A stretch of 64,000 bases of DNA from an uncultured bacterium (GTDB taxonomy: Bacteria > Bacillota_I > Bacilli_A > RFN20 > CAG-826). Location: assembly GCA_949297445.1 (NCBI GenBank), contig CASFSS010000014.1, positions 6,819 to 70,818 on the forward strand, in the 5' to 3' direction. The notes under the pieces were generated by a model. The model did no database searches, was not told where the DNA came from, and saw nothing but the letters and a program-made list of their open reading frames with translations. The translations under genes and the position numbers were made by a program. Every line of letters begins with the position of its first letter. Positions within the stretch are counted from its first letter, which is position 1. Positions 61,989 to 64,000 of the stretch are shown here, piece after piece.

Positions 61989-62915
61989 ATGATAAAAAAC
62001 GACGGAACGAATAAAAGCGAAAAAACTAAACGAAATAAAACGATTGTCATAACATCGGTGGTTGGAGCACTCTTTTTGGCGGTTGGAACAACTTCCGGTA
62101 TTTTGTTAGGTAAGATGTTATCTCCCCACGGGATGTCTTATGACATGTATGACCCGGCTACTTATGAGGCTAATAGCGAGGCGATATATAAGCGTTATTT
62201 GAAGGCTAGTTCCGATAGTTATATAAACATTTTTACGCCTTCCGAATTAGTAAATATAGCCATTTATAAATATTCTTTAGAACAATACACATCGTCCATA
62301 ACCGAATCGTTTGCGAAATCTCTTGGTGTCACGCAAACGACCATGAGTTTAACGATTAAAAATGATGAATATTTTAATGAAGCAGTATCTTATAGTTCTT
62401 TTGTTAAATTAGCAAAACGTTTTTATGAAAGCGATGATAATGTTTCCATTTATAATGGTGAACTAGTTGATACTAGCAATTTATATGCCGTTTATGATGA
62501 AACGGTCGGCGAAACAAGTTCGCTTACCGATTTTGAAAGCCAATGGGGCAAAACAATTTCGCGTCCTGTTGCCTATATTATTTCTGATTTAACAACTATA
62601 GAAGGCAACGCGGAAGTTGATGAAGCAAGCAATAACATTATTGTTCACTTGCAACTTGATCCAATTACTTCCGTATTACGTTATGTTAAACAAATGCAGA
62701 TGATGTCTTCTTTGAGCGATGCGCCAGAATTCGTCGATATCAATGTTACTTTCACTTTAAGTGAAAATTTAGATTTAATGCGAATGGATGTATCCGAATC
62801 TTATTACATTTGGGCGATGGGAAAAAATCTTACCGAAGCATCATCGAGCGAAACTTTTTCAATTGACGCGATTGGTCGAGAAATACCCGCCATTGATGAA
62901 AAAACAGTTTATTAA
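61989..62915 (+). CDS. Hypothetical N-terminally membrane-anchored protein
   Basis: Basic N-terminus, single TM, long acidic ectodomain. Confidence 0.75.
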   Translation: MIKNDGTNKSEKTKRNKTIVITSVVGALFLAVGTTSGILLGKMLSPHGMSYDMYDPATYEANSEAIYKRYLKASSDSYINIFTPSELVNIAIYKYSLEQYTSSITESFAKSLGVTQTTMSLTIKNDEYFNEAVSYSSFVKLAKRFYESDDNVSIYNGELVDTSNLYAVYDETVGETSSLTDFESQWGKTISRPVAYIISDLTTIEGNAEVDEASNNIIVHLQLDPITSVLRYVKQMQMMSSLSDAPEFVDINVTFTLSENLDLMRMDVSESYYIWAMGKNLTEASSSETFSIDAIGREIPAIDEKTVY

Positions 62916-62929
62916 AGGAGTTATATAGA

Positions 62930-64000
62930 ATGAAAACAATTGGCAAACAATTAATTATTTGGTCGAGCGCTTTGGCTCTCTCTGCTGGTGTTGCGTTCGC
63001 GGCTACCTACGATTTTTCTAGTCTAAATAGTAGCGATGGCATTAACAATAATAAAAATCCAGTGCAGTCCGAATTGACGCCACAACAAGCATTATTGAAT
63101 AGCATTGTTACCATTGAGGCAGCTGAAATTGATGGCTCAATTGAAATTAATAGTAACAGCAATAATGTATTGATTGATGTCGATGGAAACCTTGCTATCG
63201 AAAATCAGGAAGATATTTCTTTTTCTGGCAATGTAAATGCTAGCGGCAATGCTTTTAACATCAATGCTGGTATCGGTTATTTCGATGACACAATATTTTT
63301 GGATTTTAACAACAATTACTTCTATTTAAAAACTGATTCTATCTTAGAATTTGTCGATATGTTGCCAACTTATGGTGTCAATATTACCTTACCGACCGAA
63401 TTGACATCTTTAAATGTTTCGGATTTGTTAACTAAAATTCAAAACATGGAACCGGTAGCGATAAGTGGTGGCTATCTTTTTACGCTTTCTTTAACCGACA
63501 CTATCGATTTATTCTTCAAAAGCGACAGTAACTACAATTTCACCGGGGCACGTACCAACAAATTCTTTTTTAATGATACATTCATGTATTTAGACTTCGA
63601 TGTCAATGAAGTTGATATCGCCTCGATTGATATTTCTTCCCCGGATTGTTCTTTGTATCAAAATTTTGCTCCTGCATTAAAGATGTTCAATGTTTTATAT
63701 TCAACATTTAATGTTAGAAAAAATGCTTTTAATATTACTGCTGACATAAATCATTTAGGCGATAATTATTTAGATTTAAATCTTGATTTAAATTATGATT
63801 TTGAAAATATGAAAGCGGCCGTTAAGGGCGATGTGATAGAAGAACTTAGAACGCATTCATTCCAACTAGGATATCAAAATGAAAAAATATTTGTTGATTA
63901 CAATAACTTGCATTTTGCCGTTTCGCAAATTGGCGTCGAAGGTATCTTAAACTTTTTAGTTAATAAAATATTCGATACTTACCTTAACGAGTCGTTAGAT
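62930..64000 (+). CDS. Hypothetical secreted beta-rich protein, runs off the window end
   Basis: RBS AAGGAG, ATG 62930, MKTIGKQLIIWSSALALSAGVAFA signal; frame appears open to 64000 (absent from the ORF track because it has no stop). Confidence 0.75.
   Translation, partial: MKTIGKQLIIWSSALALSAGVAFAATYDFSSLNSSDGINNNKNPVQSELTPQQALLNSIVTIEAAEIDGSIEINSNSNNVLIDVDGNLAIENQEDISFSGNVNASGNAFNINAGIGYFDDTIFLDFNNNYFYLKTDSILEFVDMLPTYGVNITLPTELTSLNVSDLLTKIQNMEPVAISGGYLFTLSLTDTIDLFFKSDSNYNFTGARTNKFFFNDTFMYLDFDVNEVDIASIDISSPDCSLYQNFAPALKMFNVLYSTFNVRKNAFNITADINHLGDNYLDLNLDLNYDFENMKAAVKGDVIEELRTHSFQLGYQNEKIFVDYNNLHFAVSQIGVEGILNFLVNKIFDTYLNESLD

Noticed and set aside
2986-62050. Numerous short antisense or alternate-frame ORFs in the track (e.g. 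2986-3327, 9120-9428, 12408-12695, 36961-37296, 44496-44843)
   Set aside because: They lie within well-supported genes and show no motifs or RBSs; shadow ORFs.
1-64000. Full genetic code 4 (UGA = Trp)
   Set aside because: Intact genes use TGG for Trp throughout, and several end in TGA within ATGA/TGATG overlaps at the expected length.

Overview
AT-rich bacterial chromosome window read with the standard code. Gene content and the surface-protein architecture suggest an uncultured, small-genome Bacilli/Mollicutes-related gut lineage (inference only). Layout: (1) 1-7.7 kb, a decaying defence/accessory island with an RM specificity-subunit fragment, an EEP-nuclease stub, a bidirectional 19-20 bp repeat array, an XRE regulator, an intact ABC/AAA ATPase + TOPRIM + GIY-YIG three-gene operon, a frameshifted HNH nuclease with helical repeats and a broken lipoprotein gene. 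(2) 7.7-29.4 kb, an L-rhamnose locus (rhaADB, DeoR regulator) joined to a sugar ABC transporter, nucleoside hydrolase, ribokinase and five secreted paralogous proteins built from a beta-propeller glycosidase-like domain, an eight-times repeated ~190 aa CBM-like domain and a shared non-LPXTG C-terminal anchor module. (3) GT4 glycosyltransferase, a surface endonuclease I carrying the same anchor module, a cholesterol-dependent-cytolysin-like (CDCL) lipoprotein frameshifted in its signal peptide, and csoR-copA with its operator. (4) 38-53 kb, housekeeping and lipid/glycoside scavenging genes, four tRNAs, an HTH-MNT/HEPN remnant and a maa-like gene whose only Trp position is TGA. (5) 53.8-58.4 kb, an island after tRNA-Leu(CAA) that contains a non-coding element resembling the one at 0.8 kb and ends in a protease/rhaD chimeric remnant. 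(6) Aldo-keto reductase, CotH-family lipoprotein, XRE-membrane regulator and two uncharacterised membrane-anchored proteins. All family calls come from motif recognition by eye, not database searches.
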